The notes under the pieces are model-generated. The model had not been told where the DNA came from. It was given only the letters and a program-made list of their open reading frames with translations, and ran no database searches. A stretch of DNA of 64,000 bases from Patescibacteria group bacterium (lineage in GTDB: Bacteria > Patescibacteriota > Doudnabacteria > UBA920 > VMFF01). Numbering within the stretch: the first letter of the stretch is position 1; each line of letters begins with the position of its first letter. The position numbers and the translations under genes are program-made. Location: NCBI GenBank assembly GCA_038065615.1, contig JBBTQQ010000008.1, forward strand, positions 10,658 through 74,657, written 5' to 3'. Shown one piece after another: positions 18,766-26,905 of the stretch.

Positions 18766-19302
18766 TTAATATCGTTTAACTAATTGTCTAAATATTTCAG
18801 CGTAGTATCTACAGTTTTCTAAAGAGTCGCGTTCATTTTTTCTTTGCAGTTTAAAATATGAACCAATGGTTTCAGCGGTTGGGATTTTCTTTAAATTCTG
18901 TTTTGAAAGATACATATATGCAAGAGTCCATAGTTCAAGAACATGATAGTCATACTCATATTCAATGTTTGCTCTCCTAAAGGATTCTCTTAGGAAGTTA
19001 ACATTAATAATATTATGACTTGCTAATATTATATTGTAAGAAAACTTTTCTTTGAAAGCGTTTAAAACAACTTTAAGGTTTGGTGATTTAATTAAAACTT
19101 CTTTTGGAATACCAAGTGCTTGAACAACCCGATCATTAGTTGTTTGTGAGAATGGATTCTTTACATAACTTGAAAAAGAACCTTTCTCTAACAAGTTATC
19201 CTTATCAAGCAAAACCGCTGATATCTGTAGCGGAAAATCTTTCTCAACATTAATACCAGTTGTTTGCATATCTACTAATAGGATGTCTCTTGCAAACTTC
19301 AT
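18766..19302 (-). CDS. DEDDh 3'-5' exonuclease-like protein with degenerate catalytic motifs
   Basis: 'LVDMQTTG', 'ASHN', Exo III reads 'NERDSLENC'. Confidence 0.7.
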   Translation of the reverse strand: MKFARDILLVDMQTTGINVEKDFPLQISAVLLDKDNLLEKGSFSSYVKNPFSQTTNDRVVQALGIPKEVLIKSPNLKVVLNAFKEKFSYNIILASHNIINVNFLRESFRRANIEYEYDYHVLELWTLAYMYLSKQNLKKIPTAETIGSYFKLQRKNERDSLENCRYYAEIFRQLVKRY

Positions 19303-19781
19303 TATTTTAAAAGCTCCTTGCCCTGAGTATACTTTTTAATTTTGTCGATTATCAAAACACCGTTAATGTGATCAATTTCATGTTGAATTACTTTTGCAAG
19401 CATGCCGTCTACTTTTGCACCAAATTTGTTACCATCAATATCTTGAGCTACAAATTCAATTTCTTCAGGTCTGGAAAGCATTCCAAAAACTCCTGGGATA
19501 GAAAGACATCCTTCTTCCATTTCATTTTTCTTTTTTGAAGCTTTTAAAACTTCTGGGTTAAGCAAAACAAAGGGTTTTAATCCTATGCTTTCAAGGTTGA
19601 TAACTACCATAGCAACGCTTTGATTTACTTGCGGTGCGGCTAAACCAATTCCGTCTTCGTGCTTAACTGTATCAAGCATATCTCTTATTAACTTGCGATT
19701 AGCAGGGGATAGCGGAAATTTTAATTTCTTGGTTTTGGTCCTTAGTATTTTGTGAGGATGTAGAATAATGGGTAGATTCAT
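19302..19781 (-). CDS. def: Peptide deformylase
   Basis: 'GIGLAAPQV', 'EGCLS', 'QHEIDH'. Confidence 0.97.
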   Translation of the reverse strand: MNLPIILHPHKILRTKTKKLKFPLSPANRKLIRDMLDTVKHEDGIGLAAPQVNQSVAMVVINLESIGLKPFVLLNPEVLKASKKKNEMEEGCLSIPGVFGMLSRPEEIEFVAQDIDGNKFGAKVDGMLAKVIQHEIDHINGVLIIDKIKKYTQGKELLK

Positions 19782-20047
19782 TTAATTGGATCTGAATGTT
19801 CTTTTTTAACTAAAAAAGCAAAAAGAGCTCCTGGTTTTTTTGCATTGCCTTCCAACACCTCTCCCGCAATTCTTCTCAAAACACTGTGATTATATTTTTG
19901 AGCCATTCTAAGGTAGAAACCAAAACGTTTTGGCTCACTAAGCTTTTTAGAAAGCTCATCTGCTAAAACATGGTTTGGAGAGTGAAGGTATTGAGATTTT
20001 TTGGGAGCTTCGGAAAACTTCTTCTTTAACTCCTGATTTATTTCCAT
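19778..20047 (-). CDS. Small hypothetical protein, first gene of def-fmt operon
   Basis: 89-aa ORF with stop overlapping the def start. Confidence 0.65.
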   Translation of the reverse strand: MEINQELKKKFSEAPKKSQYLHSPNHVLADELSKKLSEPKRFGFYLRMAQKYNHSVLRRIAGEVLEGNAKKPGALFAFLVKKEHSDPIK

Positions 20048-20121
20048 AAATTTTCCTTTTGAATAGTATAGCGTAAATACTGGTTAATTTCCATATAAAA
20101 TGATAAAATACGACAATAGAC

Positions 20122-21417
20122 ATGAATAAAATAAACGTTCTAGGAATACAAATAAATAACCAGAGCAAGGCAGTAATAATCAAGGAGTTAGAGCAAAGAA
20201 TTCAATCAGGCTCTAAGACCTTTATTGTAACCCCGTATTCGGAGTTCATACACCGAACATTCTTAGACTATGATTTCAAACAGCTTTTAAATAGCGCGGA
20301 TTTTGCATTACCTGATGGTGTAGCTATTCAATGGCTCTCATACTTTTTAAACATTCCATACTCCTTTAAAAATTTCTATCTTAAAATCCTAGAAACATAC
20401 TGGCAGGTCTTGTATTCTTGTCTAGTCATTATTTTCTACCCAAACAAATTAAAGAAGATTTTCCCAGAAAGAATTTCTGGAGTTGATTTTTTTTGGGACC
20501 TAGTAGAATTAGCAGAAAAGAAAAACCTTTCCATATTTCTTCTTGGTAGTTATGGTAACACGCCTGATTTAGTAGCAAACAAAATTAAAGAAAAATATCC
20601 TAGAGTTAAAATAGCAGGGTTTTCAGACAAAGGTCCTGGAAACCAGGATATAGTTTCTGAGATCAATAACTCAAAAGCTGGCATGCTCTTCGTTGCATAC
20701 GGTCCTGTTAAGCAAGAGACTTGGATTAAAACACACCTTTCAAAACTTGATATTAAGCTAGCTATTGGTTTAGGAGGTACTTTCGACTATATCTCCGGGA
20801 AAGTGCTCAGAGCGCCTCATTTTTTGCGTTCTGTGGGCTTAGAATGGCTATTCCGTCTAATTATGCAGCCAAAGCGTTTTAAAAGGATTTGGAATGGTAC
20901 TGTTCGTCTAATTATGGGTGCTTTTAGGTACAAAGTATTTATGTCTATGCTATACCGCCAAAATGTCGCCAGTGTTATACTAAACAAAGAAAATATGGTT
21001 TTTGTAGCAAAGCGAGGACGAGAAGCTGAAAAATACGGAAGCGTAATAGAAGACCATTGGCAGTTTCCACAGGGTGGTGTTGATAGTAAAGAAAATTTAG
21101 AAAAAGCAGTATTACGAGAAGTCAGAGAAGAAACAAACATTACAGATCTTTCAATACTTGGTAAGTCTGAAAAAACGCACTCATACCTTTGGAATAGCAC
21201 AATTAGAAAACTTTGGTTTAATAGGTTAAAGTTTAAGGGCCAGGAACAAACCATCTTCTATCTTAAATATCACGGTAATGGTTCTGAGATTAAACTAGAT
21301 GATGAAGAACTAACAGAATACAAATGGGTCAAACCATCAGAAATTAAAACAGTTATTCATTCAGTTCGCTCGGGGATGGTTGATATAGTTTTAGAGGATT
21401 TAAATAAATATATATGA
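20122..21417 (+). CDS. WecG/TagA/CpsF glycosyltransferase fused to an RppH-like NUDIX domain
   Basis: 'ADFALPDG', 'ERISGVD', 'PVKQETWI', 'GLGGTFD', 'GLEWLFRL', then 'YRQNV...WQFPQGGVD..AVLREVREET'. Confidence 0.88.
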   Translation: MNKINVLGIQINNQSKAVIIKELEQRIQSGSKTFIVTPYSEFIHRTFLDYDFKQLLNSADFALPDGVAIQWLSYFLNIPYSFKNFYLKILETYWQVLYSCLVIIFYPNKLKKIFPERISGVDFFWDLVELAEKKNLSIFLLGSYGNTPDLVANKIKEKYPRVKIAGFSDKGPGNQDIVSEINNSKAGMLFVAYGPVKQETWIKTHLSKLDIKLAIGLGGTFDYISGKVLRAPHFLRSVGLEWLFRLIMQPKRFKRIWNGTVRLIMGAFRYKVFMSMLYRQNVASVILNKENMVFVAKRGREAEKYGSVIEDHWQFPQGGVDSKENLEKAVLREVREETNITDLSILGKSEKTHSYLWNSTIRKLWFNRLKFKGQEQTIFYLKYHGNGSEIKLDDEELTEYKWVKPSEIKTVIHSVRSGMVDIVLEDLNKYI

Positions 21418-22943
21418 CAGAAAAAAAAGTAAGAACAAGATTCGCGCCAAGCCCAACAGGATATTTACACGTTGGTGGTTTAAGAACCGCGCTTTTTGCA
21501 TACCTATTTGCAAAACATAACAAAGGTGAATTTGTTTTAAGGTTAGAAGACACTGATCAAGCTCGTTTCATAGAAGGAGCAATTGAAAAACTAATCAATG
21601 TCTTAAACGACATTGGTTTAAAATACGATGAAGGTCTTTTTGTAGTAGATGGAAAAATCGTAAGCAAGGGTGATCATGGTCCATACTTACAATCTCAAAG
21701 AAAAGATTTGTACAAGGAACATGCTGAAAAGCTAGTAGCTCAAGGACACGCATATTACTGTTTCTGTGATGAAAAAAGATTAGACGAACTGCGAAAAGAA
21801 CAGGAAGCATTAAAGCAACCAACTAGATATGACAGAAAATGCAAAAATCTTTCTAAAGAAGAGGTCTCTTCAAATTTGGAAAAAAATCTTCCATACGTCA
21901 TTAGACAAGCAATTCCTGTTGATGGACAGACTGTTGTTAAGGATTTAGTTTACAAAGATATTGTTTGGGAGAATAAGTCCCTTGATGATCAGGTCTTAAT
22001 GAAATCAGATGGTTTCCCGACATACCACCTAGCTGTTGTTGTTGATGACCATTTAATGGAAATCTCTCATGTCATTCGTGGTGAAGAATGGATCCCTTCA
22101 ACTCCTAAACATGTTTTGCTTTACAAAGCATTTGGTTGGGAATCACCAGAGTTTGCTCATTTGCCTTTGCTTTTAAACAAAGATCGTTCAAAGCTTTCAA
22201 AACGACAGGGTGATGTTGCAGTTGAAGACTATCTTTCAAAAGGATATTTAAAAGCCGCTTTAATTAATTTCATAGCTTTGCTTGGTTGGAATCCAAAAAC
22301 AGACCAGGAAATATTTACAATCGAAGAGTTAATCGAACAGTTTGATTTGGCAAAGGTGAATAAGTCAGGATCAATCTTTGATATTGATAAGCTGAACTGG
22401 TTGAATAACTTGTACATTAGAAAGATTTCTGTTTCAGTATTAGCAGATCTGCTTTTACCTTACCTACAAACAGCAGAACTTTTAACTGTAGATGGCAAAA
22501 ACTTAATTTCTAAAAACGGCAAACAAGTTTCAAAAGAATTTCTAGAAGCAATTGCAAAAATAGAAAGTGAAAGATTAAATGCGCTGTCAGAGATAGGGGA
22601 GAGGGTTAGTTACTTTTTTGTACAGCCAAAATATTCTCCTGAGATATTAATCTGGAAAAAATCAGATCTGACTCAAACCAAAAACGCTCTTCAAAAAACC
22701 CTTGAGTTCATGCAAACTCTTCCTGATGATGTTTTCAGAAGCTCTGAGCTAGAACCAAAGCTAAAAGAATTCATTACTTCAAGTGGTTTTGATAACGGCT
22801 CGGTGCTTTGGCCGCTTCGTGTTGCTCTTTCAGGTTTAGAAAAGTCACCAAGTCCTTTTGAGATTATCAACGTACTCTTCTTGGGTTACGGAAAGTTTGA
22901 AATACTACAACGCTTAGAAGCAGCGCTTAAAATGCTTGAGTAG
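21414..22943 (+). CDS. gltX: Glutamate--tRNA ligase
   Basis: 'RFAPSPTGYLHVGG', 'KLSKR'. Confidence 0.97.
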   Translation: MTEKKVRTRFAPSPTGYLHVGGLRTALFAYLFAKHNKGEFVLRLEDTDQARFIEGAIEKLINVLNDIGLKYDEGLFVVDGKIVSKGDHGPYLQSQRKDLYKEHAEKLVAQGHAYYCFCDEKRLDELRKEQEALKQPTRYDRKCKNLSKEEVSSNLEKNLPYVIRQAIPVDGQTVVKDLVYKDIVWENKSLDDQVLMKSDGFPTYHLAVVVDDHLMEISHVIRGEEWIPSTPKHVLLYKAFGWESPEFAHLPLLLNKDRSKLSKRQGDVAVEDYLSKGYLKAALINFIALLGWNPKTDQEIFTIEELIEQFDLAKVNKSGSIFDIDKLNWLNNLYIRKISVSVLADLLLPYLQTAELLTVDGKNLISKNGKQVSKEFLEAIAKIESERLNALSEIGERVSYFFVQPKYSPEILIWKKSDLTQTKNALQKTLEFMQTLPDDVFRSSELEPKLKEFITSSGFDNGSVLWPLRVALSGLEKSPSPFEIINVLFLGYGKFEILQRLEAALKMLE

Positions 22944-22983
22944 CAACTCGTAAAAATGCTCTTTTTGTGGTATACTAAGAGCA

Positions 22984-24270
22984 ATGAGTTACTTACGAAA
23001 CAAAAATAAAATAACAATAGCGGTACTGATTTTAACCTTGGGACTTTACATAGTCCCTTTTTCTGCTTTTGGAGCAACTTTTTCAGAGATTGAGGTTCAA
23101 AAAAAGTCAAAACAAGCTCAGCTTGATCAGCTGAATAAGCAAATGCAAGAGTATCAAAACCAAATTGCGCAGAAAAGAAAACAATCTGCTTCGTTGTCTA
23201 ATGAAATTGCTTTGTATGACATGGAAATACGATCTACAGAAATTCATATTCAAGCAACAAGAACAAATATTGAGAATACTCAATTACAGATTCGGCAAAC
23301 TCAAATACAGATAAAAGAAAAAACAGATCAGATTGAACAAGGGAAAAAACTTCTAGCGGAATTGATTATCACCTTAAATGAATACGACAACACATCTAAT
23401 CTCCAGCTTGGTCTAGGTGCAAGTAACTTTTCAGCATTCATGGATCAGGTTCAGTATGCTCAATCACTTCAAAGCAGAATTTTTGGTTTGATTCAGCAAA
23501 TTAAAGAAATACGAGCTAAACTACAGAAAGATGAAGAAGAGCTACAAATTAACTTAAACAAGCTAAATGATTTAAACGATCAACTGTCTTTAACCCAGAA
23601 AACTTTAAGCAACCAAAAAAGTTCTAGAGTTGTCTTACTTCAACAAACAAAAGGACAAGAAAGCAAATATCAAAAGCTATTAACAACAACTCAAGAGGAG
23701 CAGGCTAAGATAAACAAAGAGATCTATGATTTAGATCAACAGATGCGTGGTAAAACAGGCTTCAACGCATTAAAAGCTGTGCACGGCATTTTGGCGTATC
23801 CGATGGACGGTGTGTTAACTCAAAAATATGGTAACACTGGTTTTACAAAACTTGGTTATGATTTTCATAACGGTATAGATTTAGCAGCACCTGCTGGAAC
23901 CTCTATCTATGCGGCTGGTGATGGCGTTGTATATTCTACAGGAACGGGTCAAACCGCATACGGTAATTGGGTGGCCATAAAGCACACAGCAGGAGGTAAG
24001 CTAACCAAGGATATTATTACCCTCTATTCCCATATGACAAAGTTTACTGTAGTTGCTGGACAGCAAGTAAAACAAGGGGATTTAATCGGGTACGAAGGTA
24101 ATACAGGAAACACAACCCGCCTGCTCTATGGACCTGAAAGGGGATACCACCTGCATTTTGGGGTATATGACGCAGAAGGTTTTGGTATCAAAAACGGCGC
24201 ATATCCAAATATTTATGGTCCTTACAGAATTCCATATGGATATACATACAATCCAATGGATTTCTTGTAA
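22984..24270 (+). CDS. Secreted coiled-coil M23 peptidase (murein hydrolase, EnvC/CwlO-like architecture)
   Basis: Signal peptide, long coiled coil, 'HNGID', 'YGN', 'YSH', 'HLHF'. Confidence 0.9.
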   Translation: MSYLRNKNKITIAVLILTLGLYIVPFSAFGATFSEIEVQKKSKQAQLDQLNKQMQEYQNQIAQKRKQSASLSNEIALYDMEIRSTEIHIQATRTNIENTQLQIRQTQIQIKEKTDQIEQGKKLLAELIITLNEYDNTSNLQLGLGASNFSAFMDQVQYAQSLQSRIFGLIQQIKEIRAKLQKDEEELQINLNKLNDLNDQLSLTQKTLSNQKSSRVVLLQQTKGQESKYQKLLTTTQEEQAKINKEIYDLDQQMRGKTGFNALKAVHGILAYPMDGVLTQKYGNTGFTKLGYDFHNGIDLAAPAGTSIYAAGDGVVYSTGTGQTAYGNWVAIKHTAGGKLTKDIITLYSHMTKFTVVAGQQVKQGDLIGYEGNTGNTTRLLYGPERGYHLHFGVYDAEGFGIKNGAYPNIYGPYRIPYGYTYNPMDFL

Positions 24271-24313
24271 TCTTTCCGAATATTTGATATTTTAATAGTG
24301 TTAAACAATCCTG

Positions 24314-25378
24314 ATGAAAGAAAAAACAAAACTAAGACTCAAGACCATAATACTAGCGCTGGCAGTTTTAAGTAGCGCCCCTTTTATTGTCCCACAGTTT
24401 GCACATGCTGATGTGAACTCATTGTTGAGAGGTCAAATCTGTGAACCAGATATGGAAGGAGTTGACTCTGGTTTTAATGTTGGCAGGTGTATAAACAACA
24501 TATACATTTTTGCTATTAGCATTGCTGGGTTTTTAGCTGTTTTAATGTTTGTTTTAGCGGGATATCAATATATCACAGGGACATCTGAATCAATCAGCGA
24601 AGCAAAGAAAATAATGGGGTCAACATTACTTGGTCTTGTTATTCTTTTTAGCACGTACATCATCTTAAACACCGTTGATCCAAACTTAACAAAAGTTCCA
24701 GCACTTGTTGCGCCACAGGTGAATTGTAATCAAGTATCAACCACAACAGGTAAAACAGAGAACATTTGCGCTGATTTACCAGACGAATTTCCGTTTCCAT
24801 TAGATGAGAATGGAAATCCAGTAGGAATAGAGGGTGGAAAAATAGTGAGTCAAGGAACAACCTATCAGTCACCTGCGAACAACAATAACTTACCGGCTGG
24901 TAGCAAAACAATTCAACCTTGCGTTAATTGTATTGATTTAACTCAAGGTTTGGCTGTTAAAGTTAAAGATAGAAATACTAGCAAGGTAAGCAAAGATCTT
25001 GCACAAAAATTAGTAAATATGAGATACTATTTTGCTAATGAAAGAGCTTTAAAGGCAAAAGCTTATCCATCTCAAAACGTTTCTAGTTTCGATTGGCAGG
25101 TAACTGAAGCATGGCCACCAACAGTAGCTCACCAGTCATCATGTCATTATGACGGCACTTGCCCTGATATTGGTGTTGTGAATAAAGAGAAATATACAAG
25201 TGGCCAAAATCTGATAGCTATAAAAATTATGTGTACTGCCGCAAAAAAGGCAGGCTTTAAAATCCTTAATGAGTACTATAACGAATACAAGGCTCAGCAG
25301 TTTGGAGGTTCTGATTGTGGAGTCCCTGTAAGTACCCCGAACGGAACCAAAGGACATCTACATCTCACAATGCCTTAA
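24314..25378 (+). CDS. T4SS/TrbC-VirB2-like pilin fused to a Hedgehog/DD-peptidase (M15-like) Zn domain
   Basis: Signal peptide 'AHA', pilin TM pair 'IAGFLAVLMFVLAGYQYIT...AKK..GLVILFSTYIILNTVDPNL', C-terminal 'CHYDGTCPD' and 'GHLH'. Confidence 0.75.
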   Translation: MKEKTKLRLKTIILALAVLSSAPFIVPQFAHADVNSLLRGQICEPDMEGVDSGFNVGRCINNIYIFAISIAGFLAVLMFVLAGYQYITGTSESISEAKKIMGSTLLGLVILFSTYIILNTVDPNLTKVPALVAPQVNCNQVSTTTGKTENICADLPDEFPFPLDENGNPVGIEGGKIVSQGTTYQSPANNNNLPAGSKTIQPCVNCIDLTQGLAVKVKDRNTSKVSKDLAQKLVNMRYYFANERALKAKAYPSQNVSSFDWQVTEAWPPTVAHQSSCHYDGTCPDIGVVNKEKYTSGQNLIAIKIMCTAAKKAGFKILNEYYNEYKAQQFGGSDCGVPVSTPNGTKGHLHLTMP

Positions 25379-25383
25379 TATAC

Positions 25384-25920
25384 ATGGTTGATATACATAA
25401 ACAAAACATTAAATATAATTTAACGTACAAACAAGCCGGTACACTAATTGCATTCCTAGTACTGGCTGTTTTTGTAATTAGGTTCCTTAATACTCAAAAA
25501 AATGAATCTAAACCTTCAAACAATAGTAAGTTTGAAATTGGACTATGCAGAACCTGCGAAGTTATAAAAGACAAAGATTTAATTATTGATTCAGACCGTG
25601 GTGAATATCTAGACTCAAGCCTTATCAAAAAATTAGAGATACTAGCAGGGGATAATAGAGACTGGAGAATCACTGAAGCATATCCACCAACCGTCCAACA
25701 TATCAGCTTCTGTCATCAAAATGGCACCTGCGCTGATATAGCGCTTCAAAGAAACTCGCTTAATGCAGCTCGTTTGTCTGAACTATGTAAGGATGCGCTA
25801 GCTACTGGTTTAACTGTTGTTAATGAATACAGTAATTTAAAGTATTATTCTCAGAATTCTTTTTGTCCTAAACCAAACATATTTGAGACAACAACAGGCG
25901 GGCACTTACACGTGTATTAA
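25384..25920 (+). CDS. Membrane-anchored paralog of the M15-like Zn peptidase domain
   Basis: TM 'AGTLIAFLVLAVFVI'; 'WRITEAYPPTVQH..CHQNGTCAD'; 'GHLH'; ATG 25384. Confidence 0.72.
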   Translation: MVDIHKQNIKYNLTYKQAGTLIAFLVLAVFVIRFLNTQKNESKPSNNSKFEIGLCRTCEVIKDKDLIIDSDRGEYLDSSLIKKLEILAGDNRDWRITEAYPPTVQHISFCHQNGTCADIALQRNSLNAARLSELCKDALATGLTVVNEYSNLKYYSQNSFCPKPNIFETTTGGHLHVY

Positions 25921-25939
25921 ACGTTATCCTATAAATGCT

Positions 25940-25967
25940 TTGTCGCATAAGCTACATTGTGCGACTA
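25940..25967. other. dif-like Xer recombination site (probable replication terminus)
   Basis: 11-6-11 layout TTGTCGCATAA-GCTACA-TTGTGCGACTA with inverted arms, at the gene-orientation switch. Confidence 0.7.
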
Positions 25968-26075
25968 GGGATATATCACTAGAGGAGTGCTCCCCCGTGG
26001 TATTGCGCGCGTTGACAATTTTACTAATTTAAAACCGCTTCATATTTCTAAATAAGAAAGTGACAGCGATTTTAA

Positions 26076-26324
26076 TTATAGCAACTCGTCGTATTGTTCT
26101 TTGGTGCAAACTTCATTTTTTACAAGCCACTCTCCAAAGTTTTTGACTATATGTTTGTTCATTTCTCTGTGACTAGACGCAATAGGGTAAGACTTTGCAT
26201 TATGTATGCAAGTAATAACGTAATTGTGATTACCTCCGTCCGCAAGTTCTACCTTATATTTTCTCACTAATTTCTTTAGAGTTCTAACAAATTGCTTGCT
26301 TTTAACATTTGCATACTCACCCAT
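26076..26324 (-). CDS. HicA-like toxin
   Basis: 82 aa, 'GGNH' followed by beta-hairpin and 'SSHREM..HIVKN', HicA-like layout. Confidence 0.6.
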   Translation of the reverse strand: MGEYANVKSKQFVRTLKKLVRKYKVELADGGNHNYVITCIHNAKSYPIASSHREMNKHIVKNFGEWLVKNEVCTKEQYDELL

Positions 26325-26325
26325 T

Positions 26326-26709
26326 TTATTTCACTGTTTCCAACACCTCTCTATTTTTTACTAAAGAGATAATAGCTTTCTTTACGCTATTGTCTTCTAA
26401 TAACTTTATTTGCTCTACAGGAGGGTTATATGTATGAGCTTCTTTGACAACATCAAAGTAATCTTTTGGAATTCTATTCACAGCCACAACAGCATCGTTG
26501 ACCATCTCAATGAAATCAGATGCATTTTTTCCTTGAGTCATAAATTGATTTTCTCCGGCAACAACATTACCAATAATATAACCATCATCTCTAAACCAAC
26601 TAACTTCTATGTGAGAAGGTAGACGATCATAGTAAGCTTCAAAAGCCTCTCTAGATAAAGGTTTTCTAAACCCGAAGATATTAAACATTTTTTTTACTTT
26701 CCTCATCAT
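26326..26709 (-). CDS. HicB-like antitoxin
   Basis: 'DDGYIIGNV....FMTQGKNASDFIEMVNDAV' HicB-type signature. Confidence 0.65.
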   Translation of the reverse strand: MMRKVKKMFNIFGFRKPLSREAFEAYYDRLPSHIEVSWFRDDGYIIGNVVAGENQFMTQGKNASDFIEMVNDAVVAVNRIPKDYFDVVKEAHTYNPPVEQIKLLEDNSVKKAIISLVKNREVLETVK

Positions 26710-26905
26710 TATAGATTGCTTTAGGGTTAGGTATTATAAACTAATATACCTTGTATGTACAATAGACGATATTAGAGTCATTTTATTTCAAAGCTACACA
26801 CCTTTGGTGCTGTTTTTATTATACCACATTAACCCCACTTTCACTTCACTGTTCATTTATCAAGGATATACGCTACTCCTCAATTGGCTTCGGGGTCGCC
26901 TTTGA

